Assembly (NCBI GenBank): GCA_950097015.1
Contig: CATNEN010000038.1
Location: 28,706,001-28,770,000, forward strand
Origin: Macrostomum hystrix
Taxonomy: Eukaryota; Animalia; Platyhelminthes
DNA: 64,000 nucleotides
Reading direction: 5' to 3'
The notes beneath the pieces were generated by a model. It was given only the letters and a program-made list of their open reading frames with translations. It ran no database searches and was not told the DNA's origin. Of the stretch, positions 12,801 through 24,414 are shown piece after piece (within the stretch, counting starts at the first letter, position 1; every line of letters starts with the position of its first letter). Both the position numbers and the translations under genes were made by a program.

Positions 12801-15800
12801 GACAATGAAGACATCGACGAAGTAGAAGCCGCCGAAATAGTTGACGAAACTGCGTTGTCCCAAGCCTGTCGAAGCGCCCGCAGGTCCTCTGGTAGGCAGT
12901 AGGTGGCCGGAGCAATGTCAAAGAAATCACCGTGACGATCTCGCATCCGACGCAGGCCCTGCCACAGGCGGTCCTTGCGGCCCAAGGCGAAGCTGCCGGG
13001 AAAGTGGTTCACCTAAGAGCATTTTTCAAAAATGGATTATGACAGAGTGGTAACGATGTATTGTTCTACAATTAGCAGAGCGGCTGTGGTCACTGGCAGA
13101 TCATTCAGTGCCAGTAGACCCACAGCCAGGGGGTGAGTGGCAGAGCGAGCGGTCTAACGCGTTTGCCTCTCTCTCGCACCAAGGTCCCTGAGCTCGATTC
13201 CGCGGCGAGGCCACATTTATTTGGGTCGCAGCCGCGGAGAGAAGGCTTGGTGGCTTGTGTTGCAATTTACGCCCTTGAGGGCCAACCTCCAAGGCACAGT
13301 TAGAGTGTACACTGCCTGACGATAGGAAAGTCAGGGCAGATGTACACACTTGTGTACAGTATCTGTGCGCTGGCTGCGGTTCTAGTGTCACCTAATGATG
13401 TGCCATTGCCCGCAGCCCTCCTGCAATTATTATTACTAGATCCGCAGCCAGCGAAAAGGCAGTTCTGCCCATGTTGCTGACTCTGAGAATCGAGCTCAGA
13501 CACCTAGGAGCGAGAGACAGGCGCGTTAGACCGCTCTGCTAATCACCCCTGCATCGAAACGCTGCTGGATGTGACATCCAATGAAGGAGAGATTATAGCT
13601 TGTAGAATTGTTACAAAATCTTTACACGCGTCTAGCCTTCGTTCTCTAACCTTTTGGTACACGCGAATATTGCCGAAATCAGCAGGTTTCATGTGACGAC
13701 CAAAGTAGCCAAGCCATTCGTCCGACTCTAAGGTGCAATACAAAGGTGAGTTTATCAAAGAACTGTGATGTGCTCAATCTTGTATGTAACTATGCATCCG
13801 ACGCGACGCATTTTCTTACCAACGCAATCAAACTCATCGCCAGAACCGAGCTCTAAAACAAAACAATTAGTAGAGAAAACTCAGGTTTTTTAAACTTAAA
13901 TTTGGTGGTGTGGTGGTGAATATTTTTCTAACTCTGATGGATTATTTGCCAACTCTGATGGATAATTTGCCAACTCTGATGGATAATTTGCCAACTCTGA
14001 TGGATAATTTGCCAACTCTGATGGATAATTTGCCAACTCTGATGGATAATTTGCCAACTCTGATGGATAATTTGCCAATTCTGATGGATTATTTACCAAC
14101 TCTGATGGATAATTTGCCAACTCTGATGGATTATTTACCAACTCTGATGAATAATTTGCCAACTATGATGGATAATTTGCCAACTCTGATGGATTATTTA
14201 CCAACTCTGATGGATGATTTACCAACTCTTATGGATAATTTGCTAACTATGATGGATTATTTACCAACTTTGATGGATAATTTGCCAACTCTGATGGATT
14301 ATTTACCAACTCTTATGGATAATTTGCTAACTATGATGGATTATTTACCAACTTTGATGGATAATTTGCCAACTCTGATGGATAATTTGCCAATTCTGAT
14401 GGATAATTTGCCAACTCTGATGGATAATTTGCCAATTCTGATGGATCATTTACCAACTTTGATGGATAATTTGCCAACTCTGATGGATTATTTACCAACT
14501 CTTATGGATAACTTGCCAAATCTGATGGTTTATTTGACAACTCTGATGGGTTATTCGCCAACTATGATTGATAACTTGACAACTCTTAGCAAAATGGTAT
14601 CTAGAACGAATTTAAAAGAATGCACTAACTCGGCAGAAACTTGAAGCCGCTCCTTGCCAGAACCCGCCTAACAACGCCAGGCGTGGCAGGACTCAATCGC
14701 CATTTCAGAGCCTGCCTTCGAATACGCTCCAAGTGCGCCGAATTTTCCAACGGCTCCAGGCGTTCGCCTTCGGTGGCAAAGTTCAAAGCCGCCGGAGCGC
14801 CAGGAAACAAAGAAGGCAGCAGAGCCGGAAGTTTGCGTCTACTGCGACCACTGCCACCAGCTGCTGGCTTCGCTCGAGAACTCGACGTTCGGGTCGGCGA
14901 CGTCTGCGGGCACGGCTGCTGAGGCGGAGACGCCTTGATAGCAGATTTTAAAGAATTTTCTGCGACAATCGGAGAATCTTTCTTGTCATTCTGATTGTCC
15001 GAGTCCGAATCTGTGCCGGCATCGCTGGATGAGTTAGACGAATTGTTGCTGATGACGGAATGGCTTTTTTCAGTTGGCGTTGAACGAACGAAAGCGGCTG
15101 AGCGAGGTCGCACCCTAGTTGAGGCCGCTTTCGACTGGCCTTCTTTATGGCCATTTGGATTTTCCTGTCGTTGACTGTCTGTTGATTTTGACCCGCTGCT
15201 AGCAGCTTGTCTTGGAACGTCGCTGGAATAGAATTGTTCCAGAATTATTCCGGATTCTGGCCTCAAGGCAATTGACAATACGAGACATTCATTAATTCAT
15301 CAACTTTCATTAATTACATTATAAAACCAATTGTCAAGGAGCTCTGTGTTTCCAATTATCGGCTTACTTGGACAAAATTTGTGTCTATAATTATTTAATA
15401 AATATTGTAGTGGACTGCACGCAATGACGTTCCATTTCGCGCAAGTCTATCTGAAGCCAGCGAGGATGCCATTGCGGTAACCACTGAGCACGTACTTATG
15501 TACATCGGCCCGAAATTCTCGTTACCAGGCAGCGAATATTCTCACTGTGCCCTTGGAGTTGGCCCTCGCGGTCTCTAAAAATTGCACAAGCCCCAAGCCC
15601 TCTCTCCATGGCTGCACCCTAACTGAATGTTAAATATTAAATCGGACCGTTACAGATCGACAGTCGACCCCCCCCCTGTGCAGGTCAGCGCCTAACATGA
15701 CTTCGATCCTTAACATTCTGACGTATAATTAACAATAGTTATTTTGCGTGTAAGCGACGCAAAACCAAATCCAGTGTCCTGAACATTACCCTAGAGCGAT

Positions 15801-16541
15801 AGTTTGCTCCTTTTGATCAGTTGCTTGTTCCAACGATAGGGGCGCAGTTACCGCTGTCTGTTGCAGAGCGCTAGTGTCAGTCACCTGAACCTTATTTTCC
15901 ACCGTTGACTGCAGCAGCTGCAAGTCGGCTATATTTGAATTCCAATTCAGTAAAGCATCGCGCTGAACTGACGGAGTTTGTAATCTTGTTCTGTCCTGCT
16001 GGCCCGCTTGTTGAACCGACAAAATCTGCACCACCTCCGACTTTAAGGTTGTACTCGTATTCTTAACAGCCATCGGTGGCGGCGGTGGCGGCATGGGAGT
16101 TTGATAAACACTGCCGGCTCTAGATCGCGACTGGCCCGCAACAGAGCCATACAACCCGGCAGCCGCCGTTCGAGGCCGCCGAAGGCCGTTACCGCCACCA
16201 ACACCGGCAAAGCCAACTCGTCGAAATGACGAAACCGACGACAGAGACTGCAATCCGGCAGCAGCCAGAGCCTGGTCCCAGCCCCGATCCTCCATTGTAC
16301 TCTGCCGACGCATGAAAGCATTCTGCAGCGGCGCAGACGCCGGAGGCTGCTGTACTAGCTGTGCCGCTGCCTGCTGAAGCTGGGCAAGCGATGTTGGCAG
16401 ACGAATATCGATACGCTGAGGCCGCGGCCCCGTACTCGGATCCAACAGTCCCGAACTCGTTCGCCACATGCGTCCCGGTATTGGTCGAAGAGTTAAACTC
16501 ACTGAATTAGCAGAGTCCAACTCTGTCGCAAGCTGCTGCAT
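6823..16541 (-). CDS. TTLL4: Tubulin polyglutamylase, TTLL4-like (~1004 aa, 9 coding exons)
   Basis: Exons 16541-15790, 15222-14630, 13727-13651, 13012-12629, 12189-12085, 10585-10232, 9225-8933, 7818-7553, 7013-6823; all GT-AG, total 3015 nt in frame. TTL motifs [89 protein letters not shown]4-type segments [22 protein letters not shown] and LTPRDVRCL...[12 protein letters not shown]. Confidence 0.9.
7371..7527 (+). mobile_element. Degenerate, internally deleted SINE family 2 copy
   Basis: GGTTCGATTCCCGACT..., GTCCTTCAGCAAGACA and CATGGACTGAACAGCCGTACGC match the copy at 21790. Confidence 0.7.
7846..8920. repeat. Intronic minisatellite, 19-bp unit (GGATCTGGGGATAACTGGA)
   Basis: Tandem repetition filling the last-but-one TTLL4 intron. 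Confidence 0.95.
9350..10108. repeat. Intronic minisatellite, same 19-bp family (GGATCTGRGGATAACTAGA)
   Basis: Tandem repetition, same unit and orientation as 7846-8920. Confidence 0.95.
10633..12044. repeat. Intronic minisatellite, 31-bp unit (GAGAATTATTAGATTACTGAATCTCACACCT)
   Basis: About 45 tandem copies. Confidence 0.95.
12234..12580 (-). mobile_element. SINE family 1 copy (intronic)
   Basis: Reverse complement of 899-1240, with an (ATA)n tail at the left end. Confidence 0.85.
13070..13548 (-). mobile_element. Older SINE family 1 copy split by a nested insertion (pieces 13070-13129 and 13437-13548)
   Basis: Both pieces match consecutive parts of the minus-orientation SINE consensus. 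Confidence 0.65.
13130..13436 (+). mobile_element. SINE family 1 copy nested in another SINE
   Basis: Full head-to-(TAT)n-tail copy flanked by TAGACCCACAGCCAG and TAGATCCGCAGCCAG direct repeats. Confidence 0.85.
13929..14585. repeat. Intronic minisatellite, 21-bp unit (CCAACTCTGATGGATAATTTG)
   Basis: Tandem repetition; gives the spurious LMDNLPT ORF. Confidence 0.95.
15455..15625 (-). mobile_element. Highly degenerate SINE family 1 fragment
   Basis: GCCAGCGAGG, CTCACTGTGCCCTTGGAG and ACAAGCCCCAAGCCCTCTCTCC match the family. Confidence 0.6.
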
Positions 16542-17245
16542 CACGAATCTATTCAACTAGTATATCTCTTATATAAGCAGTCTGGATTGTAGAAAATGAA
16601 TTATTACTTTGGATATCTATTCGCGAGATGCTAGGCGAACAATTGACGCTACTAGAGTCTAAACAGAGCGCAGCGTCGCAGACTCTCCCCGGCAAGCACC
16701 GGCTTCTCACTCTCACCCGCAAAAAAGTTTTTATATATGACGCCTTTATATATTCTACTCTTTTTCGGCCCTACTATGCAGCTGATTTAGAACTGCACAC
16801 AATAGCCTAGAGTTCTAGTAAGCAGACCATAGCTGAGCTTGACTACATCCAGACCACTGTGCAAGCCCCGGTCGGGTGAAAAGCAAAGATAAAACTTTAA
16901 CCAAACAGAGTACTCGCATAGTGCAATAGCTGTTGTGGAAGTGTGTGAGTGTGCTTTAGTGGGCCGAAGAAAGTGAGCAATACAGCAAGTCACCGCTCCA
17001 AAGAGAATAGTCGGGAAAGACGCGCCACTGACTGCTGTTTAAAAAACTTTGCACCCAGTTAATTAGAACTCCGAACTGCATTCAATACACCTACAGCTGC
17101 TACCTAGAACTAAATTTTATAAAACTTTTTTTGCATTCCAGGCATCTGCAGATAGTAGTGACAGACAGCCAACCTGCTGGAAATAATAAGGCTCAGTCTT
17201 CAAAAAGTTTTGCAATCTTTTAGTGCGAGAAATACAAGCAGAGAT

Positions 17246-17997
17246 TCTGTGAAGGGACTGAGCTGGTCTGTGAAGGGATTGAGCTGGTCTGTGAAGGGAC
17301 TGAGCTGTTCTTTGAAGGGACTGAGCTGGTCTGTGAAGGGACTGAGCTGGCATGTGAAGGCATTTAGCTAGTCTGTGAAGGGACTTAGCTGGTATATGAA
17401 GGGATTGAGCTAGTCTGTGAAGGGAATGAGCTGGTATGTGAAGGGAATGAGCTGGTCTGTGAAGGGACTGAGCTGGTAGGGGAAAGGACTGAGCTGGTCT
17501 GTGAAGGGACTGAGCTGGTAGGGGAAGGGATTGAGCTGGTAGGGGAAAGGACTGAGCTGGTCTGTGAAGGGACTGAGCTGGTAGGGGAAGGGACTGAGCT
17601 GGTAGGGGAAAGGACTGAGCTGGTCTGTGAAGGGACTGAGCTGGTAGGGGAAGGGACTGAGCTGGTAGGGGAAAGGACTGAGCTGGTCTGTGAAGGGACT
17701 GAGCTGGTAGGGGAAGGGACTGAGCTGGTAGGGGAAGGGACTGAGCTGGTAGGGGAAGGGACTGAGCTGGTATGGGAAGGGATTGAGCTGGTATGGGAAG
17801 GGACTGAGCTGGTCTGTGAAGGGAATGAGCTGGTCTGTGAAGGGAATGAGCTAGTCTGTGAAGGGACTGAGCTGGTATGTGAAGGGAATGAGCTGGTCTG
17901 TGAAGGGATTGAGCTAGTCTGTGAAGGGGCTGAGCTGGTCTGTGAAGGGACTGAGCTTGTCTGTGAAGTGATTGAGCTTGTCTATATGTGAAGGGCT
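17246..17997. repeat. Minisatellite, 21-bp unit (GAAGGGACTGAGCTGGTCTGT / ...GGTAGGG)
   Basis: Tandem repetition; gives the spurious PAQSLHR ORF. Confidence 0.95.
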
Positions 17998-20900
17998 TGA
18001 GCAAGATTTACATTTTAGTTTATTAGATTTAATTAAATTTGAATTATCTAGGTCTTACCTATAGATAAATAATTATCTATAGAATCGTGATATAGGCCTA
18101 GTTGAAATTATTGTCCAAAATAGGCCAAAAAAGGTTTGATCTTACTAAATTATATACAAAAATATTAGGCTTAGCAATTTAAAATTATTCTTCTTTGAAA
18201 ATAAAATATTTTGCAGAATCATTTCAGATTTTTTAAGTCAACATATAATAAGTCTTACATGAAGATAGAATATTTGATTTGACTGAAATCAAAATGCATA
18301 GGCTTAGCTAAGCCTTTATCTTCATTGCTTACTATTCAAATTACGCAGTGGACTTGTCATCATAAATTTTACTGCAAAATAAATGGAAATATGACTATAA
18401 CTTTTTAACATCAATAGCAATTTTGTTCAATAAGGGCAAAACTACAAGCTTTTAATAGTTTTTCTAGGGGAATTAGGGAATACAAAAATAAGCCTAGGTA
18501 TGTATTGCTAGCTAGCTTTTTAGCCTCAATCTAAGCAAATAGCTATCAATAACAGTTAGTCTAAAGTAGCACTGGACTGTTGCAGCAATAATATTAATAA
18601 GGCCTTGCTAAAACTGAAACATAGCGGGGACTACGTCTACTCAATCTTTGCATCTACAAAAATCTGCAAAAAAAATTGTTACAACAAAAATAGCTAGCTA
18701 GCTTTAGTATAAAAATGTTTACAGTTTACTGGTAAATCATAGGAATCGCATTAAAAATCTGAAGTTAGGACTTGAGAACCCCATTAGTCTAAATTGTCAA
18801 AAAAGTTATTGGTTATTATAACTTATTATGATAACCACTTGCTTCTTTGCATTTAGACTTGGTAACTAGATGAATCCTGCACACTGCCCACGCCCAGATA
18901 TGCTTAGCTAAATGTGCATCAGCAATAATTTACCACTTTTTATAGTTACTTTTCGTTTTTGCCATTTTATTGCCATTGGTATTGGCTGAGATTTTTTGTC
19001 GGCACAACAGGTACCAAAATCACACAATCAGTTGCTTTAAATCGACGCATCGTCAGTCACCAGGCAGCAAACTTTCTAAAAGTAAACTTTTACAAATGCT
19101 ATCAACAAGACAGCAAGCAAGACAGTCGCTTAATGAGCATCGCCACGTGAGTTTAATGGCACACTGTCTTCAAAGTTAAAGTTCTTGGAAAAGTAGAATG
19201 ATGTAGTTTAAAACTTGCTACAAAGTTTTAACAAAACAACTTACTCCAATGTCGCCTGACCCGCAAAAAATATTTTTTCCTTAAAGTTGACTTTCTGTTT
19301 TAGAGTTTTTATAGTTACTCCACTTTCGATTACATAGAGTAGGTATTGGGATGTTTTAGATGTTTTTTCGAATTTACATATTATTTCATAATTTGTGTAA
19401 TCGTGATCTATGTGCAGCCTGTGGTATTTAGCTTGGGATTTGGTGGTCATGCGGTCATAAAGCAGGAAATCTTATTTAACTGACCTAAATTCACGATCTT
19501 ATTATAGAAGCGGCACACTGAATGACTATGTCCTAGGTTTCTTCGGCTTGCAATTATCTTGATTCGAAGAGACATTCTTGACTCAGATGGGTAAGGCTGC
19601 TTGGTGTACCTTTCACGTATTGGACGTGATTAATCCCATTCATCATAGTGTAATGAACCATGAAGGCACATTACGAATGTCTTGCATTACAATGGGAAGT
19701 GTTTAGGAATATCAAATAATACCTACGCAAACGTAGCATACTTAACATTTTCGTGGACAACTGCAAATCTCATTTAACTGCTATGCTTTTACGATTTTCA
19801 TCGTAAATGTATCTAACGTAAATGTAAAGGTAAATGTATCATTTACTATACGGCATTCTAGTAGCTTTTGAAATCTGGTAATTCAGGTCGGAACTTTTAT
19901 TGATTGCAATAATAAATTTGTGTTAATAATATAACTCAGGGTGCTGTTGTTTACTGCTACTAAAAGTAGGCGAATTGCGCATGGTTTGAACATTTTCATT
20001 GGACGTAACTTTTTTACTCTTAGAAAACTCAACTTATTCGACTTTAATTAAATTACTTTATGATATTTTGCGATATGTTCAGTTGATCCAGCTTGGGCGG
20101 GACTGCAGGCACAGCCAGGTTACCAGGCATCAGTTCAATGCTATGTAATCTATACAAGAACATGCGCGTGTAGACACCTTGTATCTTTGCAAAGACTATG
20201 CAATTATTTAACTTGTTAATATGTTTCAGCTTATGTATGAATCAATGGATAATTGTTATCAGTAAAAAAATTCATCCGAACCAGATCGAAGCACCATGAA
20301 AACCATGATCGATGTGTACTTTTATACAAGGACTACGTACTACGAGTATGAAAAAGAAACAAAGCGTTGTTATAGTTTTCATTGCTTTTATACCATAGTT
20401 ATGTAAATACGAGCGTAAGAGTTTGAGTCTGATGGCGTACTGGCGTTGCATCTGGGCTCTCTCGTACAGGACCCCGACGACTATGGCTGCCTGGACATGG
20501 TCAACTTGAAGAGGTTGCTGCTTGCGAATGCGAATGCAAGCAGCAATGCACTCTTATGCACTCTTATAGTGCATTCCACGATATTTCTCTTCTGTTCTAA
20601 TATATTGATTACTGCTCCAGTAAAGGGTCGCCATCCAGCTTCAAGCCTTTAAACCAGATGTGAATTGCGCAGAACTGATCGGATATTAGTTTGCTCCGGG
20701 CCATTTTGTATAGAAGCACGTTATATTTATGTACTTTAGCACCCTCCGAGCTCCTGAAATTTGCTCAATAGCACAAAAACTCTTACTATAAGATAGGAGT
20801 TAGGACACTCCTAAGGATATTAGGATTTAGGAGCCCAGAGTGGTTTATAGCACTGGCCCCAGGACCAAAAGTTGCATATTGTTGCGTTGCTGATCGCAAG

Positions 20901-21789
20901 AGTGTGTTGCAATTTTTTCTACCTCATGCATGCATGCATGCGACTTGAAGCAAACTCTCGTAGGTAAAACATTCGGGCTTTGACTGGCTTCTAAATCTCG
21001 TGTGCGAATGAAAGCAGATATCGCCGCGACATTTCGATACGAGCTTAAAACTTTCTTTTTCGGAGCCGCGAGGTTTAACCGAGCTAGTTCGTGCTGTAGA
21101 TATAACCAGCCACGCCACGTCAATCAGTCGCATTTGGCATTGTATTAGCTATAGCTCCGCCTGTGAACTGAGAGGCGAGTGCAATGGTAATTTTAATTTA
21201 GCAAGCGGATAAGGACCATCGCAATTGGCTGGCTAAAGTTTCACAGCGGTTCTTAAAAGGTGCAATCTTCACTTGACCTGATACAAAAGTACCTGTTTCG
21301 TTAGAGACTCTATGCAGCCATAATGCAAAACCAGAGCTGAGTCAATAAATAGCTTTTGCGTCGGACCTATAAATGAAATAAATCATGCACTCACTCAATT
21401 ATTGAATTGCCATTGTCAATAGCGTGCTCTCCGGCTAATGCGCAAATCACTTCAAGATAAAGCTATAGCGACGTCGCAAAACGTTTTTACTAGCAATTAG
21501 GCAAGCAGACTGACACTGTCAACCTTTGCCAATAATAAAGCTTTCTCCCGAATATTCTAGAAATTGTTTAAGAAGACCATTCCCAAATATTTTTCTGGCT
21601 TCGTCAGTAAATCAGTTGTGATTCAGTACTCTGATTATGATTGAAGATAAATTTGCCGACTCACAAGAAGCGCACCGGACTGGGGCCGCTAACATTGAAA
21701 CTAAAACTGGTATGAAATAACTTCCATGGTTAGATTTTTGCATTCAAGTTTTATCTTCAATCTCTTCTTCAATCTCTCCTCTTCAATAG

Positions 21790-22107
21790 TAGAGGTTGTA
21801 GCCTAGTGGTTAGGGCGTCGGACTCACGACTTGAAGGTCGGGGGTTCGATTCCCGACTCCACTGGAACAATTTGCGTCCTTTAGCAAGACACTTAACTCT
21901 GCATTGCTTCAGTTCACCCAGCTGCTAAATGGGTACCAGCATCAGCTGGGATAATTGAAGGTGGGTGTGGCGTCCCCCCAGTCCGTGGACTGAACAGCTG
22001 TACGCAGCCTTCAGATGCACCGCGCATTAGCTGCGGCTGTGCTGTCGGCTGCACATCTGACCCGATTGGGGCAGGTGTAATCAATTATTATTATTATTAT
22101 TATTATT
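21790..22107 (+). mobile_element. Full-length tRNA-derived CORE-type SINE (family 2)
   Basis: A box TAGCCTAGTGG, B box GGTTCGATTCC, CORE-like GTCCTTTAGCAAGACACTTAAC...CTTCAGTTCACCCAGCTGCTAAATGGGTACC, 3' TCAGATG...CATCTGA hairpin, (ATT)n tail; near-identical copy at 44018. Confidence 0.9.
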
Positions 22108-22751
22108 CAAGTTTTAACTAAACTTATATTTTTATTTACCTTGGAAATATTTTCTAAGAAATAGTTACTAATGCGATTTAAAAAGCAACACAATGAGCAG
22201 GAAAAGGTGAATTAAACCCCAATTTACTTTAACTTACTTTAACTTTAGCCTTATTAAATCTTTCGTAAGAAAAATATTTGCTCATATCTCGGCGCGTTAA
22301 ATTAAGTCTTTACATTTGAACTTTAGGATGGAAAGGCAAGCTTATAGAACAAAGCCGCTATTGTAGCCAAAAGAATATTCCCAAAACTGTGAGTGCATCA
22401 GAAAATGCCCTTTAACCTTCGAGTTTAAGGTCTTATCTAATCCAACGTTTTTTTAGCTGTTCCCTAGCTGTTCTAGAAGTATTTTACTCTGGGGGGGTAT
22501 AGCGTGGGGGGCAAACACGTCTGATAAAATCCAAACGCATCGCAAACTCGTACGAATGAGTCGGCCGCTACTAATTAGCTTAATGCAATAGTAGTAACTT
22601 TTCAGGGAGCAAATACAAGGTATTGCTAGCCAATTCTTGCGCTGACCAGATAAAGATACGGAGCTGGTGCTCCTAATTTTCATTTATTCCTCAGATTGGC
22701 CCGGCAAATTGCTTCGAATTCGCGTATTTCATTTATTGGCCTAGGCCATAC

Positions 22752-23121
22752 TAATAATAATAATAGCAGGAGAGCTGTGGGCAATGGCACATCATTATGT
22801 GACACTAGAAACGCAGCCAGCGAGGAGGCAATTCTGCCTATTTCGCTGACTCCTGAGCACACACGCGCACACAGATACCGTAAGCAGGCATTCGCTCACA
22901 CTGGTGTGTACATCTGCCCTGACTTTCTCATCGTCAGGCAGTGTACACCCTCACTGTTCCTTGGAGGTTAGCCCTCAAGGTTGTAAATTATACGACAAGC
23001 CCCAAGCCTTCTCTCCGCGGCTGCGTCGCAATTTAATGTGTCCTCGCCGCGGAATCGTGCTCAGGGACGTCAGGCGAGCTCAGGCGAGAGGCAAACGTGT
23101 TTACCGTCTGCCACTGACCCT
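22752..23121 (-). mobile_element. SINE family 1 copy (full length)
   Basis: Reverse complement match to family 1 with (TAA)n at the left end. Confidence 0.85.
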
Positions 23122-24414
23122 TTTGGCCTACTGACCACTAAAAAATTTAATTTTCGTCGTCTATGGCAAAACAGGCTTAAAACGCACAAGCCATGACAAT
23201 GGCTTGAGGATGAGGATGAGCATGAGGATTAAGTTTTATTTATGTCGCCCCAGATTCGTTGTCTATGACTAAGGCCCGTCCTTCTCAGCCATGCCTAGGA
23301 CGTAGAAACGAAATATTTTTCGTTTCGAAATACAGTATCACGGCTCCAATTCGGAGTGGAGCCCCTAACCTTAAAATCACCCTTACCTGCTACCTTCTGT
23401 TTATTATCTTCTGCTGGGAAGGTTGTAGCCCGGTTGTTGGGAATTGTTACTGGTGTTGTACCTGTGGTAGCGTGGCACACACAATTGGTGAAAATAACCA
23501 AGACAGGAACGCTAGACTCAGAGAGGATTTTACCGGCCTCAACACTGGTGCGTCTTCGCAGTGGACACAACCTGGTAGTCAGGCTAGGATTGGCAAGTCT
23601 TCTCTTACTGGGGAATGGGGATTCTTCTTAGAACTAAGAAACTTCTTCTAAGGTTCTAAGGACGTGTTTTCGTCTTTAGACTAGACACAAATGAAGTCGG
23701 AAACTATGTCTCCAAACTCAGCCGTAAACGCATGAAGAAAAACAATCCCAGCAGTGCCATCTAAGTAGAGAAAGTGTGCTGCCACAATGCTAACACCATT
23801 CGGTGTTTTCGTCGGACTGTGCTCTACTTATACTAGGAGCATTTGAGCGATCTTCTGCCAGTCTTCTTCCGAACCGAAGCGATTGCACCATGGCGTACAA
23901 TATGACTCAGTGCGTAGATAGAGCTGGAACAAGAGAGAGAAAGAGGAGGGGGTGGCGAGCGGAGGTGAGTGTGCATGGTAAACCGCAGACCTCCCTACTC
24001 CCAAGCCCTCCCACAGAACTAGGGCAGCACTGACTTCACAGATTGCCTGGAGGCTGCTCAGCAGACTACAGCACATCACTGGTAAGGAATTATATTCCCA
24101 GGCCAGGTGAAACACTTGTTTCTTTAAGAATACTTTTAGTTCTTGATTTAAAAAAATGTGATCTCCAACCTAGCGGATCTCCTACCTAGTCCATGAGCTT
24201 ACCAGCTAGCTCTGTCCCAGATCGTTTGTTGTGATGATTGTATGCTACTAATACTCACATAAAGTACTTTCAGATGCATTGCTGCCACACTAAACTTGTT
24301 AGACAACGATTATGAAGCAAATTTAAACCAGATAACCGATAAAAAATAAGAGGAACTATAAATTTATGCTCAGACCCACAGAAAGCGAGTCCAGAAGTTT
24401 CAACCCCGTCGCCG

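Noticed and set aside
20697-20862. Possible MITE with GGGCC... terminal inverted repeats
   Set aside because: The terminal match is short and imperfect, and there is no second copy in the window
21793-21865. tRNA gene
   Set aside because: The tRNA-like head continues into a SINE body and (ATT)n tail with other copies in the window; no Pol III T-run terminator follows
23259-24115. Short ORFs upstream of the MFS gene
   Set aside because: No recognisable domain or consistent splice structure; may be decayed repeat or UTR sequence
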